Under the pieces are notes generated by a model, which saw nothing but the letters and a program-made list of their open reading frames with translations, did not search any database and was not told the origin of the DNA. DNA of 64,000 bases, from NCBI GenBank assembly GCA_039024555.1, contig JBCCQQ010000015.1:1-64000 (forward strand). Direction: 5' to 3'. The translations under genes were made by a program, and so were the position numbers. Shown here piece by piece: positions 21,712 through 31,657 of the stretch. The number at the start of each line of letters is the position of its first letter. Position 1 is the first letter of the stretch. This stretch comes from Cyanobacteria bacterium P01_D01_bin.156. Its GTDB lineage: Bacteria; Cyanobacteriota; Cyanobacteriia; Phormidesmidales; Phormidesmidaceae.

Positions 21712-22743
21712 ATGGATATCGTTTCAAAGATGTCTTATTCGGAAAGTACTTCATCTATTTTGATCGCTGACGATGATCCTGTTTCAAACCTGATGCTGTC
21801 TCAAGTGTTGGAAAAAGATGGTTACCAAGTCATCGTTGTTACTGATGGGCAAGCGGCTCTATCTGCCTGTGAAGAGACATTACCCAATATTATTTTGATG
21901 GATGCCATCATGCCGACGATGGATGGGTTTGATTGTTGTCAAAAACTCCAATCAAAATACGGGCAAGCATGTCCGCCTATTCTGATGATCACGGGTTTAA
22001 ATGACAGTGAGTCCGTCGATCGTGCCTATGATGCTGGTGCGGCAGACTATGTTACAAAACCATTTCACTGGGCTGTTTTACGTAGACGTGTTCAACGAGC
22101 GATTAACTCGCACATAGATCATCAAAAACTTCAGCATTGTTTGACCGAAGAGCGGTCGTTGCGTCAGAAATTAAAAATAGCCAACCAACAGCTGGAACGG
22201 CTGGTCACTGTGGATGGTCTAACCAATATTTTCAATCGGCGCCATTTCAATAACAAGCTTGAGCAAGAGTGGAAACGACTGCGCCGAGAGAAGTCTCCTT
22301 TGGGGCTCATTTTGCTAGATATTGATCACTTTAAGGCCTATAACGATACCTATGGCCATCCGGGAGGGGATCAATGTTTACGTCAAGTTGCTGAAATTAT
22401 TAAGGACGCCGGTCGTCGCCCTGCTGACATTGTTGCCCGCTATGGTGGAGAGGAATTTGCCATGATTCTTCCTAACACAGATTTAAATGGAGTCGTTTGT
22501 GTTGGCCAGACCGTACAAGAACGTGTTTCCCTAGCGGCAATACCCCATGCTACATCCTTAGTTAAGGCCCATGTTTCTGTCAGTATTGGTCTGACAACTA
22601 TGGTTCCTGGGGATTTGGAGTCTCCCCAAGTGTTGATTGACCAGGCAGATAAGGCCCTATACGATGCTAAAGCCAATGGCCGCGATCGCATTGTTGCTTA
22701 TTCCGCCTCTCAATCTTTAACCACCTGCCATCCGAGCCGATAG
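21712..22743 (+). CDS. PleD-type response regulator diguanylate cyclase (REC-GGDEF)
   Basis: REC domain (ADDD, LMD, KP), DGLT, DIDHFK, RPAD I-site and GGEEF. Confidence 0.95.
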   Translation: MDIVSKMSYSESTSSILIADDDPVSNLMLSQVLEKDGYQVIVVTDGQAALSACEETLPNIILMDAIMPTMDGFDCCQKLQSKYGQACPPILMITGLNDSESVDRAYDAGAADYVTKPFHWAVLRRRVQRAINSHIDHQKLQHCLTEERSLRQKLKIANQQLERLVTVDGLTNIFNRRHFNNKLEQEWKRLRREKSPLGLILLDIDHFKAYNDTYGHPGGDQCLRQVAEIIKDAGRRPADIVARYGGEEFAMILPNTDLNGVVCVGQTVQERVSLAAIPHATSLVKAHVSVSIGLTTMVPGDLESPQVLIDQADKALYDAKANGRDRIVAYSASQSLTTCHPSR

Positions 22744-23248
22744 CCAATCTTGATAGATCAGCAACGCCCAATGGTTTTCTGAAAAACAGTTGAGCGAAAG
22801 TCGTTTGTAAACCTGACTGATGTGTAGAGTGCTACGGTGCCACTGGGGTTTTGGGCATCTAACCCAGTGGTGGCCATGTCCATATCTGCTCCGCCAGCAT
22901 ATCTACAACATCTAGAAGTCAATACAGTGGCCATGGAGCCTCTTAAAAATCAATGCACACAGTGCAGCTATAGAATCACTCCTGGAAATTACGGAGGTTT
23001 TGTAGCATGTGTAACTGAATGTCCCCAATCCATAGCGCTGTCATCGTATTAACAGACATTATCCCAAGGCTTTATAGTTTTCTATAAAGCTGCATCGGTC
23101 TTTTTACGCAGTAAGTTGATGCATTTGATCATTCCAAAATTCTGATTCAGGGAATATTCTGAGTCTATGGTCAGAGGACGCACATTTAGAGCCTTCGGCC
23201 ATGGGTGCAAACACCCATTGTCTTTAATACGTTTGTGGAGAAAAGATA

Positions 23249-23491
23249 ATGTCACCTGCTATGCTGATTTTTCTTCCGCTCACTTTATTGCTTTTGATGT
23301 CCAAGGGAGCGGGTGCTAAAGCGACAACTCCAAAACAGACAGACTCTGAAAAGGTTATGGGAGTTTTAACAAAGGAGGGAGAATTTATCCCCCTACCCTC
23401 CATAAACGCTTATCGTGAACTTGATACCGATGAACAAGGGGTTGTGATTGAGCAAAACGGTCAACGTTATTTACTGGCAAGTATCGATTAG
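23249..23491 (+). CDS. Small hypothetical protein with hydrophobic N-terminus
   Basis: 80-aa ORF with GGAGA RBS, a signal-peptide-like start and a downstream hairpin. Confidence 0.6.
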   Translation: MSPAMLIFLPLTLLLLMSKGAGAKATTPKQTDSEKVMGVLTKEGEFIPLPSINAYRELDTDEQGVVIEQNGQRYLLASID

Positions 23492-23534
23492 TCAATGCAA
23501 AAGCTTTTTGCCCAACCGCTATAGCTGAACGTGG

Positions 23535-23570
23535 GACGCCACCTGCTGAATGAATTTCGCAGGTGGTGTC
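23535..23570. terminator. Stem-loop between convergent genes
   Basis: GACGCCACCTGC / GCAGGTGGTGTC inverted repeat. Confidence 0.55.
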
Positions 23571-23603
23571 ACGAATGAATAGTTAATGTGAATTGAATCG
23601 AAA

Positions 23604-26324
23604 CTACCTGAATTCAACGCCTATATTTGCATCCTGCCCAAGGGTACTGTCAATTTCTTCAGTCAAGCTGGAAGTCCGTTCAGAAGCTAGGGTCATGAGT
23701 TGGATTAAATCATCTACGGCTCGGGTCATTTGTAACTGATTGATGTTAATAAGCGACATTCCTTGCAGCAGCTGATCTAGCTGTTGTCCGCCCTTGAAGG
23801 CAGCTTCCATATGTAGTTGAGCATCCTTGATTTGATTGGAACCGCCGTTGACTTGTTGCTCAATTTTTACTAAAGCCTCGCTGATATTATCCATTTCTCG
23901 ATGGACTAGGTCCAGAAAAACCTCCGTATTTTGCGGATTTTCTGCAGAGTTTTCTATATCTGGCAAGACATCTTGTGAATCTAGAGTGTGCAATTTGGAC
24001 AAATTGCTACTAATGCCTGAAAAACTTCGGCACCGCTTTAGGGCTTTCTGGGCTGTTTCCACCAGGGTAGGGACATCCTGGGTAGCGAGTTGAAGCGTTT
24101 CTAACATAGCTAATGCTGCCTGCGTTTGACAATTCATGGGCTCGACTACCTGGATAGCCGCTTCCTCCGTTTGGGTCAGGGATGTCTTGAGCTGGCTATT
24201 AATGTGCTCCACATTAGCTGTTAACTGCAATAGTCGAGAAAATGTATTTTGAAAGAGATCAGAAATATGTTCAGTAGATACATCTTCAGCCAGCATCGTT
24301 AGTGGCTCTGATGATGGCTGGGTACTGAGTAGCTGGGTTAGTTCAGCGACTTGTTTCTGTAGTCCTAATTTCTGTTGTTTAAGCTTATTGGACAGAGTTT
24401 CACTCACCTGGCGAGCATCACGGGCCTGATTGAGGGACATCAAACGCTCAAATACTAGTTGGAATTGTGTAGCCAGTTGCTCCATAAAGGCAATTTCGAC
24501 AGGCTGCCACTGATGTAGGTTTTTGCAATGATGGGTGACCCAGAAACCATACAATGCTCCATCAACATACAGAGGGACAATTAAACTAGACTTTACATCC
24601 AGCAGATCCATACACTGATGATAAGCCGTTGAACTGTCGCTAACCCTCATTAAATCGTTGATTACAGCCGTTTTTACCTTAGTACTTTCCACTAGTAGCT
24701 GAGGGGGTATCAACGCTTCACGGTGAGGATAGTTGGTAGCCCGCTGGTAGGGATCGTTTAGCACTTCAGATTCAACAATGCCACTACCGTTTAAATTTAA
24801 GCGGTAGAAAAAAGCTCGGTCTACTTGCAAAATGCCTTGTATTTCAGGCAAACTTTCTTCAACAATAGTGCGAATACCACGCAAACTTGTAACAGGGGTA
24901 CTGGCAATGCGGGCAAAGAGATTAGCTTTTTCGGTTTCTGCCTCTTGAGCCGTTAGTAGCGATCGCGTACTTGCTACCAGCTGATTAAATGTATGGGCTA
25001 ATACATGGGTCTCTTTAGTACCTTCTGGAACTGCCTGTACCGTGAGATCGCCGGTAGCTACCTGCTTACTGTAGTCGGAAAGATGGGTCAAAGGTAACGA
25101 TAGCTGTCGTGCCAGAAAGATAATTAACCCTGAGGTTAATCCACCCAACAAAAGGGATGTTGCTGCAAACAACAGCAAAAGCTGCTGACCCGCTGTGACA
25201 ATTTCCCGACTTTCCATGGAGGCTACAGCAATCCATCGAGTATTGGGCACATTGGCAACCTTATATAGCCTATTGCCATGAACAAAGGATAATAAAACCG
25301 TATCGTTTTCTGATGGTATAACCGCCAGCTGTTTGAGCTGTGTTTTATCCTCCAGGGTACGGGTGATTTGGCTAACGTAGCTATCTATACTAGACGGTGA
25401 ATTATCGGTCGAAGATTTTATCTTGCTAATCTCTGTAATCACCTCTTCGAGGATTTCACCCCCGATCACTTTTTCACCTTGGCGAAACCCCTGGGGAGAG
25501 AAGGTATCAATAATGCCTAGGGTCTCACCGTCGATTAGCTGTACCCTCTGACTACCGCTAATGCCGGTACGTTTTAGATAATCTGCCACTAGACTAAACT
25601 TGCGGGCTGGTAGCACTGCCCGAATCACTCCCACAAATTCATCGTCCTGAGGATTCACAATTGACTGTACAAGTTCGACTACTCGAGCCTTAGAGGCAAA
25701 ATCAAAGTCAGGGGGACTAATCCAAACGCCATCTTCTTTACCGCGCTGCCACCATTCCTCATCACTTTGCACAAAATCTGTGGTGGGACGACTATAAGCG
25801 ACATTGAAGCCATATCGGTTCGTTACCAAGATTTCAGAAATATCAGCCGTTTCAACAGTTTCCTGAAGATAATCATTCAAGGCCCGATGAAACCTCACCA
25901 GCTTTTTATCGGCAAATTGAGATTCTAGGTCCGGCACCGGTAGCTGGTTTAATCCTGCTTTTTCTGCCTCATTGCCACCTGCTAATGCTTCATTAACGAC
26001 CAAAGGACTGTTAGCAATAGCTCTTGGTAGAGCCAGCAATTCATCTACAACAGCACGGGTGCCACCACTTGCAAGCAGTGCCTGGTTTGCCAGCTGGGTT
26101 TGGAGACGATTTTCTGTACGCTGCTGTACCACCCGGTACCCCACCGCACCAGCAATTAACAACGGGCCAATAACCACAGGCAGAATCGTCAATAACAGCT
26201 GAGCTCGCAAGCTTTTTCCCCGGGGCGTCAGCCGCTTTGCAAGCCAGTCTACCTTTTTGGGTGACCGAGCACTATTTTTGAACCGACGTAGGTTTGTATT
26301 CAATGGGGTCATTGCTAACAGCAT
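23604..26324 (-). CDS. Membrane sensor: TM-Cache-TM-HAMP-GAF plus degenerate MCP-like coiled coil
   Basis: Two TM helices, TNRYGFNVA..TTDFVQSDEEWWQ Cache motif, HAMP (PL..L....QVATGDL...E...LA.TFNQL) and GAF (DRAFFYR...VKSSLIVPL...HHC...W...E). Confidence 0.85.
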   Translation of the reverse strand: MLLAMTPLNTNLRRFKNSARSPKKVDWLAKRLTPRGKSLRAQLLLTILPVVIGPLLIAGAVGYRVVQQRTENRLQTQLANQALLASGGTRAVVDELLALPRAIANSPLVVNEALAGGNEAEKAGLNQLPVPDLESQFADKKLVRFHRALNDYLQETVETADISEILVTNRYGFNVAYSRPTTDFVQSDEEWWQRGKEDGVWISPPDFDFASKARVVELVQSIVNPQDDEFVGVIRAVLPARKFSLVADYLKRTGISGSQRVQLIDGETLGIIDTFSPQGFRQGEKVIGGEILEEVITEISKIKSSTDNSPSSIDSYVSQITRTLEDKTQLKQLAVIPSENDTVLLSFVHGNRLYKVANVPNTRWIAVASMESREIVTAGQQLLLLFAATSLLLGGLTSGLIIFLARQLSLPLTHLSDYSKQVATGDLTVQAVPEGTKETHVLAHTFNQLVASTRSLLTAQEAETEKANLFARIASTPVTSLRGIRTIVEESLPEIQGILQVDRAFFYRLNLNGSGIVESEVLNDPYQRATNYPHREALIPPQLLVESTKVKTAVINDLMRVSDSSTAYHQCMDLLDVKSSLIVPLYVDGALYGFWVTHHCKNLHQWQPVEIAFMEQLATQFQLVFERLMSLNQARDARQVSETLSNKLKQQKLGLQKQVAELTQLLSTQPSSEPLTMLAEDVSTEHISDLFQNTFSRLLQLTANVEHINSQLKTSLTQTEEAAIQVVEPMNCQTQAALAMLETLQLATQDVPTLVETAQKALKRCRSFSGISSNLSKLHTLDSQDVLPDIENSAENPQNTEVFLDLVHREMDNISEALVKIEQQVNGGSNQIKDAQLHMEAAFKGGQQLDQLLQGMSLININQLQMTRAVDDLIQLMTLASERTSSLTEEIDSTLGQDANIGVEFR

Positions 26325-26546
26325 TTAGTAAAGAACGAGCGTTGCTAACCCTGGTTTGGAGCTAGTCAAGTGGTTGACACCTACAGCGAATGTTTTAGAG
26401 CACTTACTATGGGCTAAACCGATAACCAAACCATCTGCTAAATCAGCAACGATAAAAAACAATATGAGTAGATTTTGGGTCCACCTACGGGGTGGCAAAA
26501 CCCTCGAAGGCAAGGGCTCAGAATTCTGCTGACGGATTCATCGCCT

Positions 26547-26595
26547 GGTGTTGCTGACCCTCGGCATAGTTTTATCCTCTGAATCAGCAACAGCC
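26547..26595. repeat. Shortened copy of the GTTGCTGA...TCAGCAAC element
   Basis: Same termini as 5518-5608 with most of the internal part missing. Confidence 0.55.
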
Positions 26596-26620
26596 ATAAA
26601 CTGACGTAAGCAAAAACAAC

Positions 26621-27571
26621 TTAGCTCAGAATCTCTTGAGCGGCTAAATGCTCTTTAACGCGGTTGTAAGCATCTTGGAGTTTGAGCACAGCTTCATCTG
26701 CACCTTCAGGAAACTCGTCAAACTCAGCCGTCTCACTGAATTCCACCAGGGCTTCGCGGCCTTGTTTTGAGTTTTCCATATCTAATAGAACACTTTTTAC
26801 AGCTTCCACTTGTGCTGTGCTCAGACTGGGGCCAACAACAACCATATGTCGAGGATACTGAGCCGTCTCGGCAATTACCATCAGCTCTTCTCGATCGGCA
26901 TCAGATATTTCTGCCCAGGTTTCACTATCGAGGGCACCTGCCTGGACTTTCCCATTGAGAATCCACTCCACCGTAGTGTCATCTTCACCTGAGAAAACAT
27001 ATCCAATTTCATTGTCTTCTACCTGATGGTTCGCCTCTGCCTTAGCCACTGGAGTTAGATCGGCATCCATTAGCTCGATCAGCGGAAACATAAATCCAGA
27101 ACTGGAGCTGGGGGCCTGCATGGCAATCATTTTACCCTGGAGCGATTGTATATCCGAGATTTCACTATTTTTACGGGCAACAAAAAGAGTGTTGTACTCA
27201 GGAACACCATCTTTCCAACGACGTAGAATGGGGGTAGCTCCAGCTTTCTCCATCACTAACATGGCCGGAAAAACACTATCAAAGTAGATATTTACATCGC
27301 CCGATGCCATCCATTCAGCTACTGTATCTACGTCTGGAGCGATTTGTACTTCGCCCTGGGTGATTCCTGCCTTTTTGAGATTTTTTGCCAAATAGTCTGC
27401 GACAGGTTGGGTTTCAGGAATTAAGGAGTCGGGGTCAAAACTGACATCTGTGAGAATAATGGCGTCACCTGAAGAATCACCAGACCTTGCAACAGGTTGA
27501 TTAACACCACAACCACCGAGAAAAAATACACTACCCATCAGTAAAAGTGCTGATGATACCTTGTAAAACAT
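26621..27571 (-). CDS. Phosphate/phosphite/phosphonate ABC-type substrate-binding lipoprotein (PhnD-like)
   Basis: Lipobox LGGC, Y.TLFVARK.S.I..IQ.LQGK.IA and S.SG(F)..P motifs. Confidence 0.85.
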   Translation of the reverse strand: MFYKVSSALLLMGSVFFLGGCGVNQPVARSGDSSGDAIILTDVSFDPDSLIPETQPVADYLAKNLKKAGITQGEVQIAPDVDTVAEWMASGDVNIYFDSVFPAMLVMEKAGATPILRRWKDGVPEYNTLFVARKNSEISDIQSLQGKMIAMQAPSSSSGFMFPLIELMDADLTPVAKAEANHQVEDNEIGYVFSGEDDTTVEWILNGKVQAGALDSETWAEISDADREELMVIAETAQYPRHMVVVGPSLSTAQVEAVKSVLLDMENSKQGREALVEFSETAEFDEFPEGADEAVLKLQDAYNRVKEHLAAQEILS

Positions 27572-28396
27572 GGTGTCAAGAATATTGTTTACGTCTTGTG
27601 TAAAAGTATGGTTACCAGAAGTATTTCACGAGAAACCTTTCCTAGCTGTTTAGTAAGATAGATGATGTAACGGTATTTCACCGCTCACCCCCTTAAGTTG
27701 AGAACAATTAGACTAATTTAGCTAGGGACCAAAATAGTCCGACCCTAGCTAACTACTTACAAAGCAGATTACAAAGCAGAGCGACACCAAGGGATAAAAT
27801 TTGTCTGTAATGATGCGCTAAACCGACTACTGGCAACCTACCGACATAAGGATAATCAGCATGCTAAATAGCCTAACCATCCTGTATTTCTAGCGGTAGC
27901 CCACAAAGCAGGACAAAAATGTACACCCAGATTCCCTGATGAAAATCGATCAAACCTGTCAAATAGTTAAAGCTTAGTTTTGTCAGCCGCGTGAAGTGTT
28001 GGTGAATTTTATATCTTTACCCTCATGTGCAGGGCTGCCGGGTTTGAGAAGGGATGCACCAAGTTTAAAGACGTACTCTTTGTAACTTGAATTATCTGTG
28101 TGGAAACGGATAATTTCATGTATCTAAGACGGGAAGGTAGGCATGAGGTTCCGGTTAAGCTGAGTAATAATTGTGTAAGTGTCGCTGCAGGGAAGAGAGA
28201 ATAACCCTAAATGATAGCTATATGCTAAAAGCGATCGTTTAAGAAACAAAGTAAACAAGCGACAAGTACATCTGCTATGATGCTGACTGTTTTAGATTAG
28301 GAGCTATTAAGGAACTACTTCATGGACTCATACTGAAAGGCTTGTTAAGCCATCATGTTAATGAACAAAACCATAATTTCAATTTTTGACAAGGCC

Positions 28397-29641
28397 TCAG
28401 TTTTTCTCGGTTTTTACGTGAGTCACACGCCAGCTGAGCTTTAAATTCATCCAAAAATTCCAGGCGGTAACAAGCGCGATCGCAACTAAATTAGCTAAAT
28501 AGCGATATTGCTGGTTAAAAACAATGTTAAACAACACGTTTAACAGCAGCACATTAAGCGCTAGTCCTGACAAGCATACTACATTAAACTTCAGAAATCT
28601 CTTGAGTCTGGCCCTTAACCCCTGCTGAGATTTAGAAATATCTCCAAAGGTCCAAGCATCGTTCCATAAAAAGTTGTTGAGGATGGCCACTTCGCCTGCA
28701 ACAATCTTGCTGCGGGTCAGCCCCCAGGCTAGGGCACTAGGATCGCTCAACAGATACAGCACCGCCATATCTATCAACACACCGCTAACGCCTACAACCC
28801 CAAATCGTAAAAAACGTTTTAGGGGGAACCGTTGCCGCATGCGATGAATGCCACCATTTAATCTCAATCTCACCAAATGACCTAAATACTCCACATACTG
28901 TCGCCAGGTCACCTTACTCTCCCCTACTTCCCGTTCTTGAAACACGTAGCCGACCTCTGCAATAGTCTTGACGTGACCACGACCCAAGACTTCTAGCAAA
29001 ATTTTGTAGCCTACAGGGTTCAAAACAGGTCCGGCAATAGCCTGGCGGCGTACCATAAAATAGCCGCTCATCGGGTCAGTGACTCGCCCCACCACACCCG
29101 GTAGGATTAGTAACCCGAGTACTTGGGCTCCCCGTGACAAAAAACGTCGCAGTGCACTCCAGTCACTCACGCCCCCCCCAGCTACATGGCGGCTGGCTAC
29201 CACTAAATCAGCTCCGGCCAGAATGAGCGGCATCATCTGCATCAAGGTTTCCGGCGGATGTTGTAAATCTGCATCAATGACGGCTAAAATTTCACCGCGA
29301 GCCACCTGCCAACCTCGGATCACGGCTGAGGAGAGCCCTCGTTCTTGCTGGCGGCGAATCACCTGCAGATGTGGTACTAGACGGGTTAATTGGTGAGCGA
29401 CTTTCCAGGTACCGTCTGGACTGTTATCGTCCACCAGAATGAGCTCATACTGACCCGTAAAGTGGCTATCTAATATTGCTGTGAGTTGGTTGACCAGATA
29501 ACCAATATTATTGCGTTCGTTGTAGGTGGGAATCACCAAAGACAACAATAAGCTATGGTCAGTCGTAATCTGGAAGGGACCCCTAGGAGGTCTAACCAGC
29601 TCAGTGGTGTAGGTCATAGATGCAGGATTCAGACATGCCAC
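28397..29641 (-). CDS. GT2 polyprenol-phosphate glycosyltransferase (DPM1-like) fused to a GtrA-like domain
   Basis: IPTYNE, VDDNSPDGT, DADLQHPP and DPMSG motifs; C-terminal FLRFGVVG...NNFLWN GtrA domain. Confidence 0.92.
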   Translation of the reverse strand: MACLNPASMTYTTELVRPPRGPFQITTDHSLLLSLVIPTYNERNNIGYLVNQLTAILDSHFTGQYELILVDDNSPDGTWKVAHQLTRLVPHLQVIRRQQERGLSSAVIRGWQVARGEILAVIDADLQHPPETLMQMMPLILAGADLVVASRHVAGGGVSDWSALRRFLSRGAQVLGLLILPGVVGRVTDPMSGYFMVRRQAIAGPVLNPVGYKILLEVLGRGHVKTIAEVGYVFQEREVGESKVTWRQYVEYLGHLVRLRLNGGIHRMRQRFPLKRFLRFGVVGVSGVLIDMAVLYLLSDPSALAWGLTRSKIVAGEVAILNNFLWNDAWTFGDISKSQQGLRARLKRFLKFNVVCLSGLALNVLLLNVLFNIVFNQQYRYLANLVAIALVTAWNFWMNLKLSWRVTHVKTEKN

Positions 29642-29747
29642 CTCGTCCCGCAGATCATCAGATTAATACACGGGACAAAATATGAGACAAATCCTATCAC
29701 TTAGCCCCTTAGCATGGCTGAATTTGAATAGGTAACTTCGTTTTCTG

Positions 29748-31433
29748 CTAGCCATTAAAAGACTGGGATGTAAAAGCTTCAGAGGTATTGAGCTGAATTT
29801 TGATCATACCGCGATACAGAGGGTAACCACCAAACGACCCTAAGGACTTAAACCTAAGACTCACATCGGTATTGGACAGCTTAAACTGACGCTGTTGTTG
29901 TTCGGGAATGGGGCAGGGCTGCTCCGGATCACACATGTATAGAAAAGAGGATTCATCTTGCTCGATTAACGCGGCTACCAGTTGTTCTAGCGCTGGATCC
30001 GTGGTGACTCGAAAAAAGATTTTGAAACGGACACTGGGCCATAACCGCTGGGCTATGTACTGATGAGACATAGCCACCCAACGTTCGTCATAGTGACCGA
30101 GGACACTAATAGCCGGACCTGAAGGAGCGTGCTGTCTCGCTAAAGAAGTGGAGTTGGTAAACGGATCGTGATAATTCCGCAGCCCACCATTGACCAAATT
30201 AGTATGGGCACCGATGGCAATCACGAGTGCGATCGCAGCTAACACATTACGCCGGGTCACCTGGGAACTCCACAGATCCCGTAGCGCCGCGGCAATTACT
30301 AGACCCACCATAGGGACCAAAATCAAATAATATCGAGGCCCCCACTGCTCAGTGGCTACCGCCAGCGGAGCTGCCAGCGGTACTAGGACGCTAAATAAGC
30401 CACCCAACGTAATTAACATTATGGCTATCCTGCGGGACTGTTTTTGCATCCACCAGGGCAGTCCAAGCGCCAATAAAATTGCTGGCCAGTAACGTAGCAA
30501 GCCCACCACCAGATGAATATAGTTTCTGCCAATTTCTCCAAAACGCTCTCCTAAGGGGATGGCTGTCCTCACTTCCAGAGCCTTAACCCCCAGAGGATGA
30601 CCATAAATCACAGCATTAAGGGCAAATAAGCCTAAAACCGTTGCGCCGATAACACCGAGACAGGTCAGTATCACTGGCTTTGACAGTCCTTGGGGCACCT
30701 GCATGCTCAGACGTTTAGTCCCAAACTTGATAGGCAGTAAGCTAGGCACAATTAGAATTATCAGCACCAGCACCAAACAGAAAAACTCAGCCCGCAGCCA
30801 TGTAGATAGACCAATGCAGACACCGTTTACCATGGCCTGATTTAAGCTGATACGGCTGGTGGAGCCCTCCGGCAGACTGTGTAAAAGCAATCCCGAAACG
30901 CCCCAAAATGCTAGGGCTACTGCCAGAGTATGTTCCCAGTACATGGCTCCGTAAAGCGTTAGGGGTGAAGCCATAATCACCAAAATCATGACTATGGAGG
31001 TCATCGTGGAGCGCACCTGCCAAACTCGACAAACATGCCACAGTCGCCCCCACGTAATCCATAGAGACATTAACGGAACGACATAAAATCCGCGATAGCC
31101 CATCCATCGATATAGGGGAGCTGTAATAACGGAAAAGGTGAAGGGGGCATCAATAAAGTAGTTGCCCTGTTGCTCGTAGGCATAGGGAGGCGTAAACGGA
31201 TATAGACCCTGTCGCCATAGGGCCAGTACCCATGGCGGTTGAGACATCTTTAAGGAGACCTGCTGCCACGACTCCCAGCTCAGTTGCTGTGATAGGAGGG
31301 CCCTTAATCCAGCATCCCCATTAAAAAACGTCCCACCTTGACTGTAGGTCTGCAGCCCTAAACTCACACCGATACCCATTAGCATCACCAGGCTTGGCAA
31401 TACCCAAGAGCGCCACCCTTTAAAACTCCCCAT
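29748..31433 (-). CDS. Polytopic membrane protein, putative GT-C glycosyltransferase
   Basis: Many TM helices; SPL..Y...WEHTLA, W.R.E and QWGPRY motifs; adjacent to GT2-GtrA. Confidence 0.7.
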   Translation of the reverse strand: MGSFKGWRSWVLPSLVMLMGIGVSLGLQTYSQGGTFFNGDAGLRALLSQQLSWESWQQVSLKMSQPPWVLALWRQGLYPFTPPYAYEQQGNYFIDAPFTFSVITAPLYRWMGYRGFYVVPLMSLWITWGRLWHVCRVWQVRSTMTSIVMILVIMASPLTLYGAMYWEHTLAVALAFWGVSGLLLHSLPEGSTSRISLNQAMVNGVCIGLSTWLRAEFFCLVLVLIILIVPSLLPIKFGTKRLSMQVPQGLSKPVILTCLGVIGATVLGLFALNAVIYGHPLGVKALEVRTAIPLGERFGEIGRNYIHLVVGLLRYWPAILLALGLPWWMQKQSRRIAIMLITLGGLFSVLVPLAAPLAVATEQWGPRYYLILVPMVGLVIAAALRDLWSSQVTRRNVLAAIALVIAIGAHTNLVNGGLRNYHDPFTNSTSLARQHAPSGPAISVLGHYDERWVAMSHQYIAQRLWPSVRFKIFFRVTTDPALEQLVAALIEQDESSFLYMCDPEQPCPIPEQQQRQFKLSNTDVSLRFKSLGSFGGYPLYRGMIKIQLNTSEAFTSQSFNG

Positions 31434-31588
31434 AAACTTTATGCATACTATCCACCAACTAGTTCCACAGAGGCATCAACAGCCCTCAGTACAGACTAGT
31501 AAGAGATGTAACAAGCTTTAAAATTGAGGGAGCCTTATTTAAAGTTGTTATGGTTCTGGCGGCTCAGGCCCATGGGGGTATCAAAATC

Positions 31589-31614
31589 AAAAGGAGTGCC
31601 AAATATGGCACTCC
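31589..31614 (-). terminator. Rho-independent terminator of sat
   Basis: GGAGTGCCA / TGGCACTCC stem followed by UUUU on the minus strand. Confidence 0.7.
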
Positions 31615-31657
31615 CAAAGTTAACCCACAGTTTTATCACTCGCTCTAGCCGCTATGG

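Noticed and set aside
24400..24860. Cyanobacteriochrome photoreceptor GAF
   Set aside because: It lacks the DxCF/DPxF motif and the canonical CH bilin-attachment site; a nearby Cys is offset.
27757..27780. 12-bp tandem repeat TTACAAAGCAGA x2
   Set aside because: Only two units; most likely simple slippage.
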